From positions 292,537-356,536 of the forward strand of contig CAVPHZ010000002.1 of NCBI GenBank assembly GCA_963704905.1: a DNA stretch of 64,000 bases. The letters run 5' to 3'. Shown here piece by piece: positions 10,415 to 21,036 of the stretch (position 1 is its first letter; every line of letters begins with the position of its first letter). Under the pieces are notes generated by a model, which saw nothing but the letters and a program-made list of their open reading frames with translations, was not told where the DNA came from and searched no databases. The DNA is from Candidatus Chisholmbacteria bacterium. Its GTDB lineage: Bacteria > Patescibacteriota > Microgenomatia > UBA1400 > Chisholmbacteraceae. The translations under genes and the position numbers were made by a program.

Positions 10415-10419
10415 TCAAC

Positions 10420-11316
10420 ATGTCACTCCAAGACGAACTCGCCCGGGTTGATAAAGAAATTCAAAAAAACCAAGCACTTGTAAACGACCCAGAAATCGCT
10501 CCCCTTGCCAAAGAGGAGTTAGAAACATTGCATCAGCAAAAACTCGCATTGGTAGCCTCAATTTCTGCAGAAAACAGTGCCGCACACGCGACTTCAACAG
10601 ATACCAATGATCCCTACGACCAGTCCAGCGCACTCCTCGAAATTCGAGGTGCTGCTGGAGGAGATGAGGCAAAATTATGGGCAGCTGACTTAAAGCGAAT
10701 GTATGTAAGATTCGCCAGCAATAACAACTATACAGCCCAAGAATTGGATGAAGGAACTATCAAATTGAAAGGCAAAGGAGCTTTCGGAGCTTTAAAGTTT
10801 GAATCTGGTGTTCATCGTGTTCAGCGTGTACCAACCACAGAAAAACAAGGAAGAATCCACACTTCAACCGCATCTGTTGCCGTTCTTCCAGAAATTCCTG
10901 AGTCTCATATTCAAATTAATTCTGACGACCTAGAGTGGCAATTCACTCGCGCCGGGGGCCATGGCGGACAAAACGTAAACAAAGTCAATTCGGCAGTACG
11001 ACTTACTCATAAACCAACTCAGCTTATGGTATCGGTTCGTCAAGAACGTAGCCAACAGCAAAATAAAGCCATTGCACTCGAAATACTTCGCTCAAAACTC
11101 TGGGAAAGTGAAGAAGAAAAAAGACAAAATACCATCGATAAAACTCGCCGTTCCGCTGTAGGCAGAGGCATGCGAGCCGAAAAAATCAGAACCTACAATT
11201 TTCCTCAAAACCGCGTTACCGACCATCGAGTAAAAAAATCTTGGATTAATCTAGAAGAAGTATTGAATGGCGACTTATCCAAAATATTCGCAAGCCTCAA
11301 TCAACACTACAACTAA
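10420..11316 (+). CDS. prfA: Peptide chain release factor 1 (short N-domain)
   Basis: GGQ motif (GGHGGQNVN), ESGVHRVQRVPTT (PxT discriminator of RF1), KIRTYNFPQNRVTDHR. Confidence 0.95.
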   Translation: MSLQDELARVDKEIQKNQALVNDPEIAPLAKEELETLHQQKLALVASISAENSAAHATSTDTNDPYDQSSALLEIRGAAGGDEAKLWAADLKRMYVRFASNNNYTAQELDEGTIKLKGKGAFGALKFESGVHRVQRVPTTEKQGRIHTSTASVAVLPEIPESHIQINSDDLEWQFTRAGGHGGQNVNKVNSAVRLTHKPTQLMVSVRQERSQQQNKAIALEILRSKLWESEEEKRQNTIDKTRRSAVGRGMRAEKIRTYNFPQNRVTDHRVKKSWINLEEVLNGDLSKIFASLNQHYN

Positions 11317-11427
11317 CAAATCTTGCTTTCCCTGAAAATCGGTAAACTGCGATTATTTATCGTACACAATCTCGAAAGAATCCTCGACGGAATTCTGACA
11401 CATGTTCACGATCTACGTACCTAAGCA

Positions 11428-12579
11428 TTACTCCCCAGCCTCCTGAAGAGTCGATTGCACTTGCAAATATTCCCCAACTCTCCAAAGCTCGAGTTGAACC
11501 TGGTCACCTACTTTTTTCTTTCGGATGACTGCTGCTAATCCACCATTGTCTTCAGTGAGTTCAACACCATCTATTTTGGTCACAATATCACCTTTAGTAA
11601 TTCCTGCTACGGATGCTGCTGAATTTTCCACTACCTCAATAACATATGCCCCCTCGGGAACCTCATTCAATAACGCTGCCTCTTTAGAGATTGTTTGATA
11701 TCGGATACCCAGAAATGCTCTGGAAAAACGACCTGTTTGATTGAAGTTATCTAATGATTCCCTGACTATATCAATCGGAATAGCAAATCCGATGTTTTCC
11801 GCCCCACCAGCCACGGCAGCATTTACTCCAATAACTTGCCCCCCGCTGTTCAGCAGTGGGCCTCCAGAATTCCCGGGATTAATAGCAGCATCTGTTTGAA
11901 TGACATTGTCCAGCTGTTCAAACGACCCCGCAAACGGATCGCCTGCTTCAATCCCTCGTCCCAGTCCGGATATGACACCGGTTGTCACGGTATGCCGAAA
12001 CTCACCCAATGCCGTTCCAATTGCAATCACAAATTGCCCGACTTTAAGATTGGTAGAATCTCCAAGATCGACAGGTTTAAGTCCGTTTGTGTTATCTATC
12101 TGAAGTATTGCTAAATCATTCACCGGATCCCGATAGATCTTTTTCACTCCGAATTCTTCTCCGTTTTTAGTAACAACCTTATAGGTTGAGTCCAGATTAT
12201 CAACAACGTGCCGATTGGTCACCACCAACCCATCATCGCTGACGATGAAACCGGTTCCGATGTCCTGCTCAACCGGTTCGCTTCTGGATTGACCGGGAAA
12301 TTGGAATACACCAAAAGGATTTAAAAATGGATCAACAATCACGCGTTGTCGGGTTTCTGATACCGTAACTACCGAGGGGCTGACCCGCTCCGCAACGTCA
12401 ATGACGACTGACTCTTCAGTGAGTACTCGTTGTTGAAGTAGTTGCTCCGTTGCTGTCCGCTGAGGTGGAAAATATCGATCGAGAAGTGACAGTCCCCAAA
12501 GACGGTCCACAACTGCGCCCCCAAGAATGGCAACGATAAAAACAATCCCAACTGCAACTCCAATAATGAACTGTTTCAT
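11428..12579 (-). CDS. htrA: HtrA/DegP-like membrane-anchored serine protease with PDZ domain
   Basis: TNRHVV, DLAIL, QTDAAINPGNSGGPL, C-terminal PDZ. Confidence 0.93.
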   Translation of the reverse strand: MKQFIIGVAVGIVFIVAILGGAVVDRLWGLSLLDRYFPPQRTATEQLLQQRVLTEESVVIDVAERVSPSVVTVSETRQRVIVDPFLNPFGVFQFPGQSRSEPVEQDIGTGFIVSDDGLVVTNRHVVDNLDSTYKVVTKNGEEFGVKKIYRDPVNDLAILQIDNTNGLKPVDLGDSTNLKVGQFVIAIGTALGEFRHTVTTGVISGLGRGIEAGDPFAGSFEQLDNVIQTDAAINPGNSGGPLLNSGGQVIGVNAAVAGGAENIGFAIPIDIVRESLDNFNQTGRFSRAFLGIRYQTISKEAALLNEVPEGAYVIEVVENSAASVAGITKGDIVTKIDGVELTEDNGGLAAVIRKKKVGDQVQLELWRVGEYLQVQSTLQEAGE

Positions 12580-12628
12580 GGCAGAAAAATATTATAGCAC
12601 CATAAATGCATTGCTCAGGTGGCAACCA

Positions 12629-13918
12629 TCACTTGATGAGCTCAGCAATTGCTCTTTCAAGTTGCTCATCAATGCCTTCTTCATCATCCTCAAGGACTAC
12701 TTCAATATCAGGAGAAAGACCAACACTATTAATCTTAGACCCACTCGGAAGAACCCATTCTGCGGTAGTGACATGTAAACCCGCTCCGCTGGAGAGATCC
12801 TTGGCTTCTTGAACCGTCCCTTTACCAAATGTCTGCTCACCAATAAGAAGGGTATCGAGACGATCGCGCAAAGCACCAGCCAGAATTTCTGAAGCCGATG
12901 CACTCCCCTCATTTACCAATACCACCACCGGAATGCCAACCACACGACCACGCCGTTTCTCTGCAGTAAATGTCTGAGATTGGGATCGTCCTTGCTGTAC
13001 TACAACTGTTCCTTCAGTGAAAAAATCGCTGGCAAATTCTATTGCTCCGGATAAAAATCCTCCTGGATTATTTCTTAAATCCAGCACAATGCCATCGATA
13101 TCCGCCCGTCGAGTGACAATCTCACTCATAGCTTCATCCCACTCTTGCTTTGTCCTCTCGCCAAATTGAGACATGCGCAAATGAGCCACAATCGGTTGCT
13201 CGCTTTCCTCATCCACACCGAGTTTCGGAGGTATAAACTCAAGATTGACACTTGGAATGACGATCTCCTCTCGAACCAAATCAACCTCAAAAGGCTCTTC
13301 TGCTCCTTCTCGAAAGAGTGAAAGGCGTATACTCGATCCTTTTTCCCCTCGTATCAGTGAAACGGCCTCTGGTAACGTCATGTCTTGAGTTGACTTATCC
13401 ACACTCTTGGCTTCATCAATGATTCGCACGATATAGTCACCAGATTGAACACCGGCGCTGTAAGCTGGCATTCCATCCAAAGGAGCAACCACCGCTAGTC
13501 TCCGGTTCTTAAATCCAATTTGAATACCAACACCATAAAACGATCCCGACAAATTTTCTCTTGTCTGCTTATTATTACTTGGAGATAAGAACACGGTATA
13601 CGGATCACCAAGTGCGCTGGTCATTCCCGCAATCGCGCCATAGACCATCTTCTCGGGATCAATATCATCAGGCCGGAGGTAACTTGCCTCTAATTCTTCC
13701 CAAACTTGCCAGAACAATGAAAAATCAACATCTTTATGTCGATTCGGTTGAGCCCGATTAATCACAGTAACATCTGGTTTAAATTCAGAAAAATCAGCCT
13801 CAATCCGATGCTGTCCAAACCAATAGCCAGAGCCACCAATGAGAATAATAAAAGTAATGAAGAGTACAAAGTTCCGAATCTTTTGAAGAGATATGATCCG
13901 TCCAGAATTAAAAATCAT
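12629..13918 (-). CDS. ctpA: S41 carboxy-terminal processing protease
   Basis: DPYTVF, LDLRNNPGG, SASASEI, TFGKGTVQ. Confidence 0.93.
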   Translation of the reverse strand: MIFNSGRIISLQKIRNFVLFITFIILIGGSGYWFGQHRIEADFSEFKPDVTVINRAQPNRHKDVDFSLFWQVWEELEASYLRPDDIDPEKMVYGAIAGMTSALGDPYTVFLSPSNNKQTRENLSGSFYGVGIQIGFKNRRLAVVAPLDGMPAYSAGVQSGDYIVRIIDEAKSVDKSTQDMTLPEAVSLIRGEKGSSIRLSLFREGAEEPFEVDLVREEIVIPSVNLEFIPPKLGVDEESEQPIVAHLRMSQFGERTKQEWDEAMSEIVTRRADIDGIVLDLRNNPGGFLSGAIEFASDFFTEGTVVVQQGRSQSQTFTAEKRRGRVVGIPVVVLVNEGSASASEILAGALRDRLDTLLIGEQTFGKGTVQEAKDLSSGAGLHVTTAEWVLPSGSKINSVGLSPDIEVVLEDDEEGIDEQLERAIAELIK

Positions 13919-13997
13919 ACAAAATATACTAACCCAATTTACCGGAAATTACCAACAACACATCATCAAAGAAACCTACCGTCAGGGAAAAAAGGTA

Positions 13998-14234
13998 TTA
14001 CACCTGTTGAGTAAATGGAAGAAGTGCTAAGTACCGTGCTCGCTTGACTGCCTGAGCCAGCTGTCGCTGTTGTTTTGCCGAAAGTCCCGACCGGCTGCGT
14101 CCGAGAATTTTTCCTCGATCAGTGATGAATTTAAACAGAGCTGCCGGATCTTTATAGTTAAAAGTCAGATCAGACGGTGCTTTTGGAACAGGTTTTCTAC
14201 GAATACGTGGTTGAGTTGGTCTTCGTCTTGGCAT
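13998..14234 (-). CDS. rpsR: 30S ribosomal protein S18 (Cys-less)
   Basis: [37 protein letters not shown]. Confidence 0.95.
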   Translation of the reverse strand: MPRRRPTQPRIRRKPVPKAPSDLTFNYKDPAALFKFITDRGKILGRSRSGLSAKQQRQLAQAVKRARYLALLPFTQQV

Positions 14235-14241
14235 AGGTTAC

Positions 14242-14826
14242 CTAAAAAGGTATGTCATCCTCTGAAACATCTTCTTTCTCCTTCTTGGCAGAGGTCACAC
14301 TTGCTTTTGGCGTAGGTATAGCTTTTGAAGATTTTGATGAAGTAGTTGGTGCTTGCTTTACTTTCGGCGCAGCTACAGCCACATCGTCTGCTGAAGAAAC
14401 AGCATCCTCCTTTGTACTAGTCGCTGGCTCCGCAAACTCAGCAGCAACATCATCAAAGTTCCCACTATTCTCGGCTGTACCAGGTTTGGGCGGACCTAAC
14501 GCAATCATTGAATCAATGACAATTTCCGTTGTCGTTCTCTCCTGCTCATCTTGACCAGTCCAAGTACGCGTTTGTAGCCGTCCTTCAACATATACTTTCC
14601 GTCCTTTATGCAAAATTTGCGAACAAATCTCCGCCAGCTTAGCCCAGGCAACAATGCGGTGAAACTCTACTTCTTCTTGACGTTCTCCCCCATCGGACGG
14701 AGTCCAAGAACGATTAGTGGCTACGCCAAATGTGCATACTGCCGTTCCTTGTGGTGTGTAACGGAGCTCTGGATCCCGGGTCAGATTACCTATTAACGTA
14801 ACTCTATTGAGTGATCGCGCAGACAT
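14242..14826 (-). CDS. ssb: Single-stranded DNA-binding protein
   Basis: LNRVTLIGNLTRDPELRYTPQG, C-terminal DDIPF. Confidence 0.97.
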   Translation of the reverse strand: MSARSLNRVTLIGNLTRDPELRYTPQGTAVCTFGVATNRSWTPSDGGERQEEVEFHRIVAWAKLAEICSQILHKGRKVYVEGRLQTRTWTGQDEQERTTTEIVIDSMIALGPPKPGTAENSGNFDDVAAEFAEPATSTKEDAVSSADDVAVAAPKVKQAPTTSSKSSKAIPTPKASVTSAKKEKEDVSEDDIPF

Positions 14827-14835
14827 ATATCTCCT

Positions 14836-15123
14836 TTAACTTTCTCGAATAAGTAGATAACGCATAATCCCCATACTCAATCTGAGAGCTGAAGTTAATT
14901 CCTTGATGCTCTTTCCGGGAATTTCGATCAGATAAAACCAATACACACCTTTGGTCTGCTTATCAATTTCATAGGCCAAATCCCGCGTACCCCAATCATC
15001 TTTCTTAACAAGCTTTCCCTCCCACTTCACAATCAGGTCCTCAACGGACTTTTGAGATTTTTTGAGATCAGTTGTGGATAGTTCCGGAGAAAATATCACC
15101 GTCAACTCGTATCGTCGCTTCAT
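14836..15123 (-). CDS. rpsF: 30S ribosomal protein S6
   Basis: RYEL.VI..P, WG.R.LAYEI.K, MRYLLIR. Order rpsF-ssb-rpsR. Confidence 0.95.
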   Translation of the reverse strand: MKRRYELTVIFSPELSTTDLKKSQKSVEDLIVKWEGKLVKKDDWGTRDLAYEIDKQTKGVYWFYLIEIPGKSIKELTSALRLSMGIMRYLLIRES

Positions 15124-15195
15124 CTGCAGTCAAATGGTTATTCGTTTTCTAAAAAGCTCGCGTAGTATAACACATCTCCCTACCTCTGGCTAGAC

Positions 15196-16272
15196 TTACA
15201 CAGCCGCTTTTACCTCAATCACATCCCCATCCCGCACAACGTACGCCTTCCCCTCTGTGCGTATCTTTCCATCATCACGTGCGGACTTCCAGCTTGAATG
15301 AGAAAGCAGAGTGTTAACATCGATAACTTCTGCAGTAACAAAACGCTTGGCAAAATCACTGTGAACAGTTTCCGCGGCATCCAGTACGGTCTTTCCTTGA
15401 CGTAATGACCAAGCCCGCACCTCTCCAGTTTTTCCTCCAGCACCTTTAACCGTATAAAACGTAATTAGCTGAAGTAACCCATAGGCTTTACTAATTAGCC
15501 GATCTAAACTCGCTCCACGCAGTCCCAACTCTCGTCGATAAGATGCCCGTTCCTTCTCATCAAGATCAATCAGCTCCTCTTCAAGCTTGGCACTTACCAC
15601 CACGCAATTATCGAGTTTTAATGACAGCTTTTTCACCTCATCCTTGAGCGACTCCAAGTCCCCTTCAGCAACATTCAGCACATAGAACATCGGTTTTACG
15701 CTGATTAGCTGCAAAGGCTGAATTGCCCCCCTCTCTTCTTGCGTAAGTGAAACGCTGTCTAGTTGTTCATTGCGGTCAAGTGCAGAGATCAGTTTCTCAG
15801 TCGCTGATTTGAGAGGTGGTGATACTTTCTTCGAGTCTTGTGCTCGTTCAAGAGTTTCAAGATCTTTAAGCATCAACTCTGTAAGAATAATCTCCTTATC
15901 ACGAAGTGGTTCAACGGTCTCCATCACATGCGTTACGCTTGGACTATCAAATTCCCGCACAACATGACATATCACATCCACACTACGGATGTGAGAGAGA
16001 AATTCATTTCCTAAACCCTCACCTTGATGAGCGCCTTTTACAAGCCCTGCAATATCAACAAACGTCACACTTGCCGGCGTCGTTTTCTCTGGTTTAATAT
16101 GCTTGGCAAGTTTTTCCAATCGGACATCAGGAAGACGAACCACACCAGTATTCGGCTTTACCGTTGTAAACGGATGCGAGCCCACCGGCGCCTGCCGACG
16201 AGAAAGCAATGCATTGAACATCGTCGACTTACCCACATTGGGGAGCCCTACAATTCCAACAGACAAACTCAT
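15196..16272 (-). CDS. ychF: Obg-like ATPase YchF
   Basis: GIVGLPNVGKST, DIAGLVKGAHQGEGLGNEFL, EGKAYVVRDGD. Confidence 0.96.
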   Translation of the reverse strand: MSLSVGIVGLPNVGKSTMFNALLSRRQAPVGSHPFTTVKPNTGVVRLPDVRLEKLAKHIKPEKTTPASVTFVDIAGLVKGAHQGEGLGNEFLSHIRSVDVICHVVREFDSPSVTHVMETVEPLRDKEIILTELMLKDLETLERAQDSKKVSPPLKSATEKLISALDRNEQLDSVSLTQEERGAIQPLQLISVKPMFYVLNVAEGDLESLKDEVKKLSLKLDNCVVVSAKLEEELIDLDEKERASYRRELGLRGASLDRLISKAYGLLQLITFYTVKGAGGKTGEVRAWSLRQGKTVLDAAETVHSDFAKRFVTAEVIDVNTLLSHSSWKSARDDGKIRTEGKAYVVRDGDVIEVKAAV

Positions 16273-16295
16273 AGTGTTGTTATTGTAGCAGACGT

Positions 16296-16694
16296 CTATT
16301 CTTCCTTCTCTTCAGATTCCACCTGAAAAGTGTCACTTGATCTGTTTCTCAACCACCCAACCAAAAGCGGCAGCGTAAATGCTAAGAAGTAGTAAAGATA
16401 AATATCGAGCTTGTAATACCCATCCTCTGGCTTGAAGGCAACCACAATAAAAACGTAATCCAAGACAATTGCCAAGACCATCCAAACCACCCCTATCACC
16501 AGATAACGACCAAGTGCTTCTGATTTTATTTTTCTAAAAAGCACCAAAAGCGTAGCCGCGATACCAAAAGGTGAAATAATCCAACCCAAAACATCTGGCG
16601 GAACAAAAGCAAATAAAAGAATCCCTAAGATATAGCCAAAAAGCCACAGGGCAAATCCCCATCCCAGTGTTTCTTTAAGAAGCTGTTTATCCAT
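16296..16694 (-). CDS. Hypothetical 4-TM membrane protein
   Basis: GGAG SD, start MDKQLL overlapping the upstream stop, four hydrophobic helices. Confidence 0.7.
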   Translation of the reverse strand: MDKQLLKETLGWGFALWLFGYILGILLFAFVPPDVLGWIISPFGIAATLLVLFRKIKSEALGRYLVIGVVWMVLAIVLDYVFIVVAFKPEDGYYKLDIYLYYFLAFTLPLLVGWLRNRSSDTFQVESEEKEE

Positions 16695-16882
16695 CACTCC
16701 TCCGGAATCATAACCCAACAAATAATATACGGAATAATGCCAGGAGCGCCACCGGGAATCGCCAGAAATATCCAAAACAACCGTACCAAAACAATATCAA
16801 TGCCAAAGTAGTTTGCAAATGCCACGCAAACCCCGGCAATCTTTCTCCCCTTCTTCGGCCGACGTAGTTTTTTTACTTTCAT
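16694..16882 (-). CDS. PspC domain protein
   Basis: KKLRR...RKIAGVC.AFANYFGID..LVRL...YII.W..IPEE. Confidence 0.9.
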   Translation of the reverse strand: MKVKKLRRPKKGRKIAGVCVAFANYFGIDIVLVRLFWIFLAIPGGAPGIIPYIICWVMIPEE

Positions 16883-17517
16883 AATCGTTCCGTCAAATAC
16901 TCGCATTCTGGAAAACTCTTTAGAATTCTAGCAATACGTTTAAAATCCTCACCTTGTGTTCTCTTGCTTGCTAATCTGTAGATTTCCTGACCCTTGTCAC
17001 CATCAGCATGTTCTAGTCCCAAACCAATAAACACCGCCTGCACGGTTGTAAATCCGTCAGGGTTGCGCAAGTCCTGAGAGGTCTTTAGAACCGAAACATC
17101 AATTCCAATATTGTCTTTTAGAACTTGAGCAAGATTATCTCGTAACTTTCCGTGTGTCAAATATTCATCAAGTCGTTCCTGATTTCCATCAATCCCCAAG
17201 ATTGTCAGCCCACTTGTCCGAATCCATCGATTTACTAGCTCTGACTGGCTATCAACCTCTTTTGGTAGAATTGACAATTCGACAGCCACTGAAAATGCTT
17301 GTTCGGGGTCTATCTCCACTAGAAAAAAGAGATGCTCGTTGGCCTTATCCCAAATCTCACTTAGATTTGTTGCTTTTACATCTTGAGGTTCTGCTTCCAT
17401 CACCTCAAGACCGGCAGCAATTCTTGAATAGAGAATGGACAAAATATGCGAACGATCAAATGGATCATCAACATCCTTGAGTTTCGTGAACAGCTGATCA
17501 ACTCTAGACTCTGTCAT
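16879..17517 (-). CDS. Hypothetical protein (helical)
   Basis: Long ORF with GAGGTG SD before MTESRV, coupled to the pspC-like gene. Confidence 0.6.
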   Translation of the reverse strand: MTESRVDQLFTKLKDVDDPFDRSHILSILYSRIAAGLEVMEAEPQDVKATNLSEIWDKANEHLFFLVEIDPEQAFSVAVELSILPKEVDSQSELVNRWIRTSGLTILGIDGNQERLDEYLTHGKLRDNLAQVLKDNIGIDVSVLKTSQDLRNPDGFTTVQAVFIGLGLEHADGDKGQEIYRLASKRTQGEDFKRIARILKSFPECEYLTERL

Positions 17518-17581
17518 ACACACCTCTTTCAAATAACTAATGTATTTTATCACTAGAGAAATATTATTTTGAAGTTCTAAC

Positions 17582-18722
17582 TCACTTTTCTAGGAAAAAC
17601 TCAGCCGATCTCCCCATCGCATCGTTAAAACTTGAACCAATTAAATTATGCCCACCCGATGAGTACTCAAAAAGCTCATGGCGGATGCCAGAGCCATCCA
17701 GGAGGTGCATTAAGTTCCGGCTGTACTCGACGCTCACCACAGCGTCATCAACTGCATGATGAATCTGCACGTCTCCACCTACACCATCTAAATAAGTTAG
17801 TCGCAGACACCGCTTTCCAGAATTCGTTCTCCAAATCAAACTCTCCGTACGTTTCAAAGAGTTCCCTGCGCTTACGAGCCCTCTCTGAGTCCCCTTCTGG
17901 TGGCTGATAACTGCCATCCTGAATCCGGTATTGATCCCAATCGGAGTAGGAATACACCGCTCCTGACCAGATCACCACTTTAGGAATAGTTTTTGCCACG
18001 AAACTTCGAAACACCACATTTCCGGCCATACTATGTCCCCACAATCCCACCCGTGAACCATTAACAAAATCTGCCGTTTGCAACGCAGAGTATGCATTTA
18101 AAGTATCAATCACATAATCGCCTGAGTAATACGCTCCGCCTGGCTCTCCTTGTGACTGATCGTGACCTCGAAGGTCAATCTTAAACACCACCAGCCCTCG
18201 CCGAGCTAGAAAATCGACATAAGACACGTAATGCTCTCGGGTTCGATATTCTTTGGGTGGAATGTAGCCATGCACAAACACCACCGCTGGCCAGCCGCCA
18301 GAATCCGGCTCACCCTTAGGCACAGTCAGCAGTCCATTAATACGAATTCCATCCGAATTGTAATTTGTGACAAACGACGTATAGCTTTCATTTTCACCGA
18401 CCTGCCGAAGCTCTCCTAAATTGCTCTCATATGACCGGCCCCGTAAATACGGAATCGTAATTTCAGCAAATAGAATCGGTTCTCCCCCAGTAGTAACACC
18501 TAATGTTGAGGCGTTATTTGTGGATGAAATTATCGATTGGAAACCACCCTGGTTTGACAGTTGCTGATCCTGTCGCTTAGATATTACACTCAGTAAACCA
18601 ACACCCACTCCAAATCCGAGAATGAGGATTCCAACATGTTTAAGATACTTAGCGATCACTACTCCCTCCTCCTTCGAAAATCTGAATGCCGAAAGTCTAT
18701 CAAAACACCTAGTTTCGCACAA
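17582..18722 (-). pseudogene. Membrane-anchored alpha/beta hydrolase (S9/dienelactone hydrolase-like) split by a 1-nt insertion
   Basis: HGY, DLRGH and nucleophile GHSMAG lie in the 17748..18722 frame. Catalytic Asp (HHAVDDAVV) and His (GGHNL) lie in the 17582..17917 frame. Removing one base at 17794-17795 restores ATNYLDG. Confidence 0.75.
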
Positions 18723-18834
18723 GATACGAGGGTGCCATTAAAGTCGTTTGAACCCACCGACCTTTTTCTCAGAATGCAATAGACTTTCTCCGCCAAATCC
18801 CAACCTGTAACAAATTACAATGTATAATTTCTCT

Positions 18835-19257
18835 ATGAGCTGGCTCGTATATGCACTTCTCTCCGCTGTGTTTGCTGCAATGACCACCATTCTTGCCAAG
18901 ATCGGTGTAAGAGATGTTGATTCAAATCTCGCCACAGCCATAAGAACCACAGTCATCCTCATCTTCACCTGGGGTATCGTCTTTGCTCAAAAAACGACCA
19001 CACAACTGCAAACAATCAATCGTAGTTCAATGCTGTTCTTAGTCCTCTCCGGCTTAGCGACTGGCTTATCTTGGCTGTTCTATTTCCGTGCCCTGCAAGT
19101 CGGCGAGGCAACCAAAGTCGTCCCCATTGATAAGCTGAGCTTGATATTAACCATCATTTTTGCTGCACTATTTCTCAAAGAACGCTTTACACTGTTTACC
19201 GCCATCGGTGCCGTTCTCATGATGGCAGGTGCTATAATGATTTCGCTAACAAAATAA
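18835..19257 (+). CDS. Single-domain EamA/DMT transporter
   Basis: WLVYALLSAVFAA..ILAKIG...ATGLSWLFYFRALQ.GEA.KVVPIDKLS. Confidence 0.9.
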   Translation: MSWLVYALLSAVFAAMTTILAKIGVRDVDSNLATAIRTTVILIFTWGIVFAQKTTTQLQTINRSSMLFLVLSGLATGLSWLFYFRALQVGEATKVVPIDKLSLILTIIFAALFLKERFTLFTAIGAVLMMAGAIMISLTK

Positions 19258-19274
19258 ATATAAATGGAGGCAGC

Positions 19275-19652
19275 ATGACAGGATATCACGGCCCGATCGA
19301 AGATCTTACACTAGACAATCACAATTTTCGCAAGGTGCTGTTTACCGGTTCGAATTTGCAGTTGGTGCTCATGAGCCTGAAGCCAGGTGAAGATATTGGT
19401 TTTGAAATACACGAAGAACATGATCAGTTTTTCCGCTTCGAAGGAGGCATTGGTGAAGTCATTATCGATGATAACCACTATGTGGTCAAAGACGGAGATG
19501 CGGTAGTTGTACCGGCTGGTTCCCGTCACAACGTCTCCAACACCTCAAAGACGGATTCACTCAGGCTCTATACTATCTACGCTCCTCCCGAGCATCCTGA
19601 CGGCACTGTTCACTCCACAAAAGAGGAAGCTGAGCAATCTCACCACAGCTAA
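19275..19652 (+). CDS. Cupin domain protein
   Basis: NFRKVLFTG..QLVLMSL.PGEDIG.E.H..DQFFRFE.G, HNV.N, LYTIYAPPEH. GGAGG SD. Confidence 0.9.
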   Translation: MTGYHGPIEDLTLDNHNFRKVLFTGSNLQLVLMSLKPGEDIGFEIHEEHDQFFRFEGGIGEVIIDDNHYVVKDGDAVVVPAGSRHNVSNTSKTDSLRLYTIYAPPEHPDGTVHSTKEEAEQSHHS

Positions 19653-19696
19653 CTTGCAATTCATATGGCTCCTTTGCTAGTTTAAGATGAACTTAT

Positions 19697-19954
19697 ATGG
19701 AAACAAAAGTCAGAAAACGAAACGGTTTGCTTGAAAATTTCGATTCAAACAAAATCATCCAGGTGGTTACAGCAGCTGGACTTGAAACTCAACAGGCAGA
19801 AAAACTCACTAAAACAATAGAAAATTGGCTAAAATCATTAAAGCAGCAAAGCATATCATCCCTCAAGATCAGAGATCAAGTAAGCCAGAATCTAAAAAGT
19901 ATCGATCCTCATGCCTATAACATGTATCGCCAATACCAACAATCGAAACAGTAG
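19697..19954 (+). CDS. Stand-alone ATP-cone domain protein
   Basis: VRKRNGLLENFDSNKI...IRDQV..L....AY..YR. Confidence 0.8.
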   Translation: METKVRKRNGLLENFDSNKIIQVVTAAGLETQQAEKLTKTIENWLKSLKQQSISSLKIRDQVSQNLKSIDPHAYNMYRQYQQSKQ

Positions 19955-19960
19955 CCCAGA

Positions 19961-20287
19961 ATGACCAAGTACAAAGAGTACTACCAAAAGATGATCAGCA
20001 ACAATGAGAAGCTGTTTAAATCTTTTGAAGAAGTTCATGCTGCCTACGATTTACAACCAACCAAATGGCAAGCAGAGTTCAACCAGCTTGGAGAACAAGT
20101 ACTAGAACTTGTGAGAGAGTACGAAAACCGTCTTTGTGGTAGGTCTGAAGGTGGTGGATACGCTCAATACTCTAGCCGTCTGGCAGAAAAATTTCAGGCG
20201 GAAGTGAAAAAACATTTTCCAAAAATAGATTTTGTCGGGGTCACAGTTTCTAAACCATTTACCCTCCGTAAAATATTCTTCTCCTAG
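19961..20287 (+). CDS. Hypothetical protein
   Basis: 108-aa ORF immediately downstream of, and co-oriented with, the ATP-cone gene. Confidence 0.7.
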   Translation: MTKYKEYYQKMISNNEKLFKSFEEVHAAYDLQPTKWQAEFNQLGEQVLELVREYENRLCGRSEGGGYAQYSSRLAEKFQAEVKKHFPKIDFVGVTVSKPFTLRKIFFS

Positions 20288-20472
20288 TCCACCTCCGTTC
20301 TACTTTTTATGGTGTGTGTGCTCTATCACAATGAAACTATCGCTACTATTGCTGATAGTATTGGAGTAAGGACTATTTTATCGACACCAACAGTGAGAGT
20401 GAGACGACTCAGAGACGATGCCGTGCAACTTCTATCAAATCTCACACTGTCAAAGTGAGTAGAATTGTCAAG

Positions 20473-20961
20473 TTAAGACTGTACAAAAAACTGAAGTTCA
20501 GTAAGCGGATTTTCTCCTTCTTCTAGATAGACTTCCGTTAACGGCCACGAAGTACGAATAGAATTAGCTTGAGTCACCTTTTCCAGATATCGAATTGCCA
20601 TACCTATGCGATCATAAGAACCGGTAACTTCCACACTTACCACTGTTACACCGGGATATTCACGAAATACAATATCTGCCGAACCTTGCAATATCAGTGG
20701 TACTGGTAAACAGGCATCCCAACGTATATTCTCGATACCAACCGTCTCTGGATTATCATAATACACACCAAAAGCCGGACCAGCTGGCCGTAATCCCCTT
20801 CCACTGATCAGCCATTTGAGACCTTGTACTTTTTCTTCAAACGACTGCCTTGGATCACCCTTCCCGCTGGTCAATATTGCTTTGATTCTTGGCCGAACTT
20901 TTACAATCGCTTGAGTAATGAAATTGGGTCGAACAATACTCAAATCATCAAGTTTTTTCAT
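20473..20961 (-). CDS. GyrI-like small-molecule-binding domain protein
   Basis: GPAFGVYYDNP...RWDACLPV...GSYD...EVYL. Confidence 0.8.
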   Translation of the reverse strand: MKKLDDLSIVRPNFITQAIVKVRPRIKAILTSGKGDPRQSFEEKVQGLKWLISGRGLRPAGPAFGVYYDNPETVGIENIRWDACLPVPLILQGSADIVFREYPGVTVVSVEVTGSYDRIGMAIRYLEKVTQANSIRTSWPLTEVYLEEGENPLTELQFFVQS

Positions 20962-21036
20962 AGAAAATTGAAACTAACAAAATCGTAAATAAATTCAAAC
21001 ATCTTTAGGTTGAAGATGGGATTAACACCAATAGGG

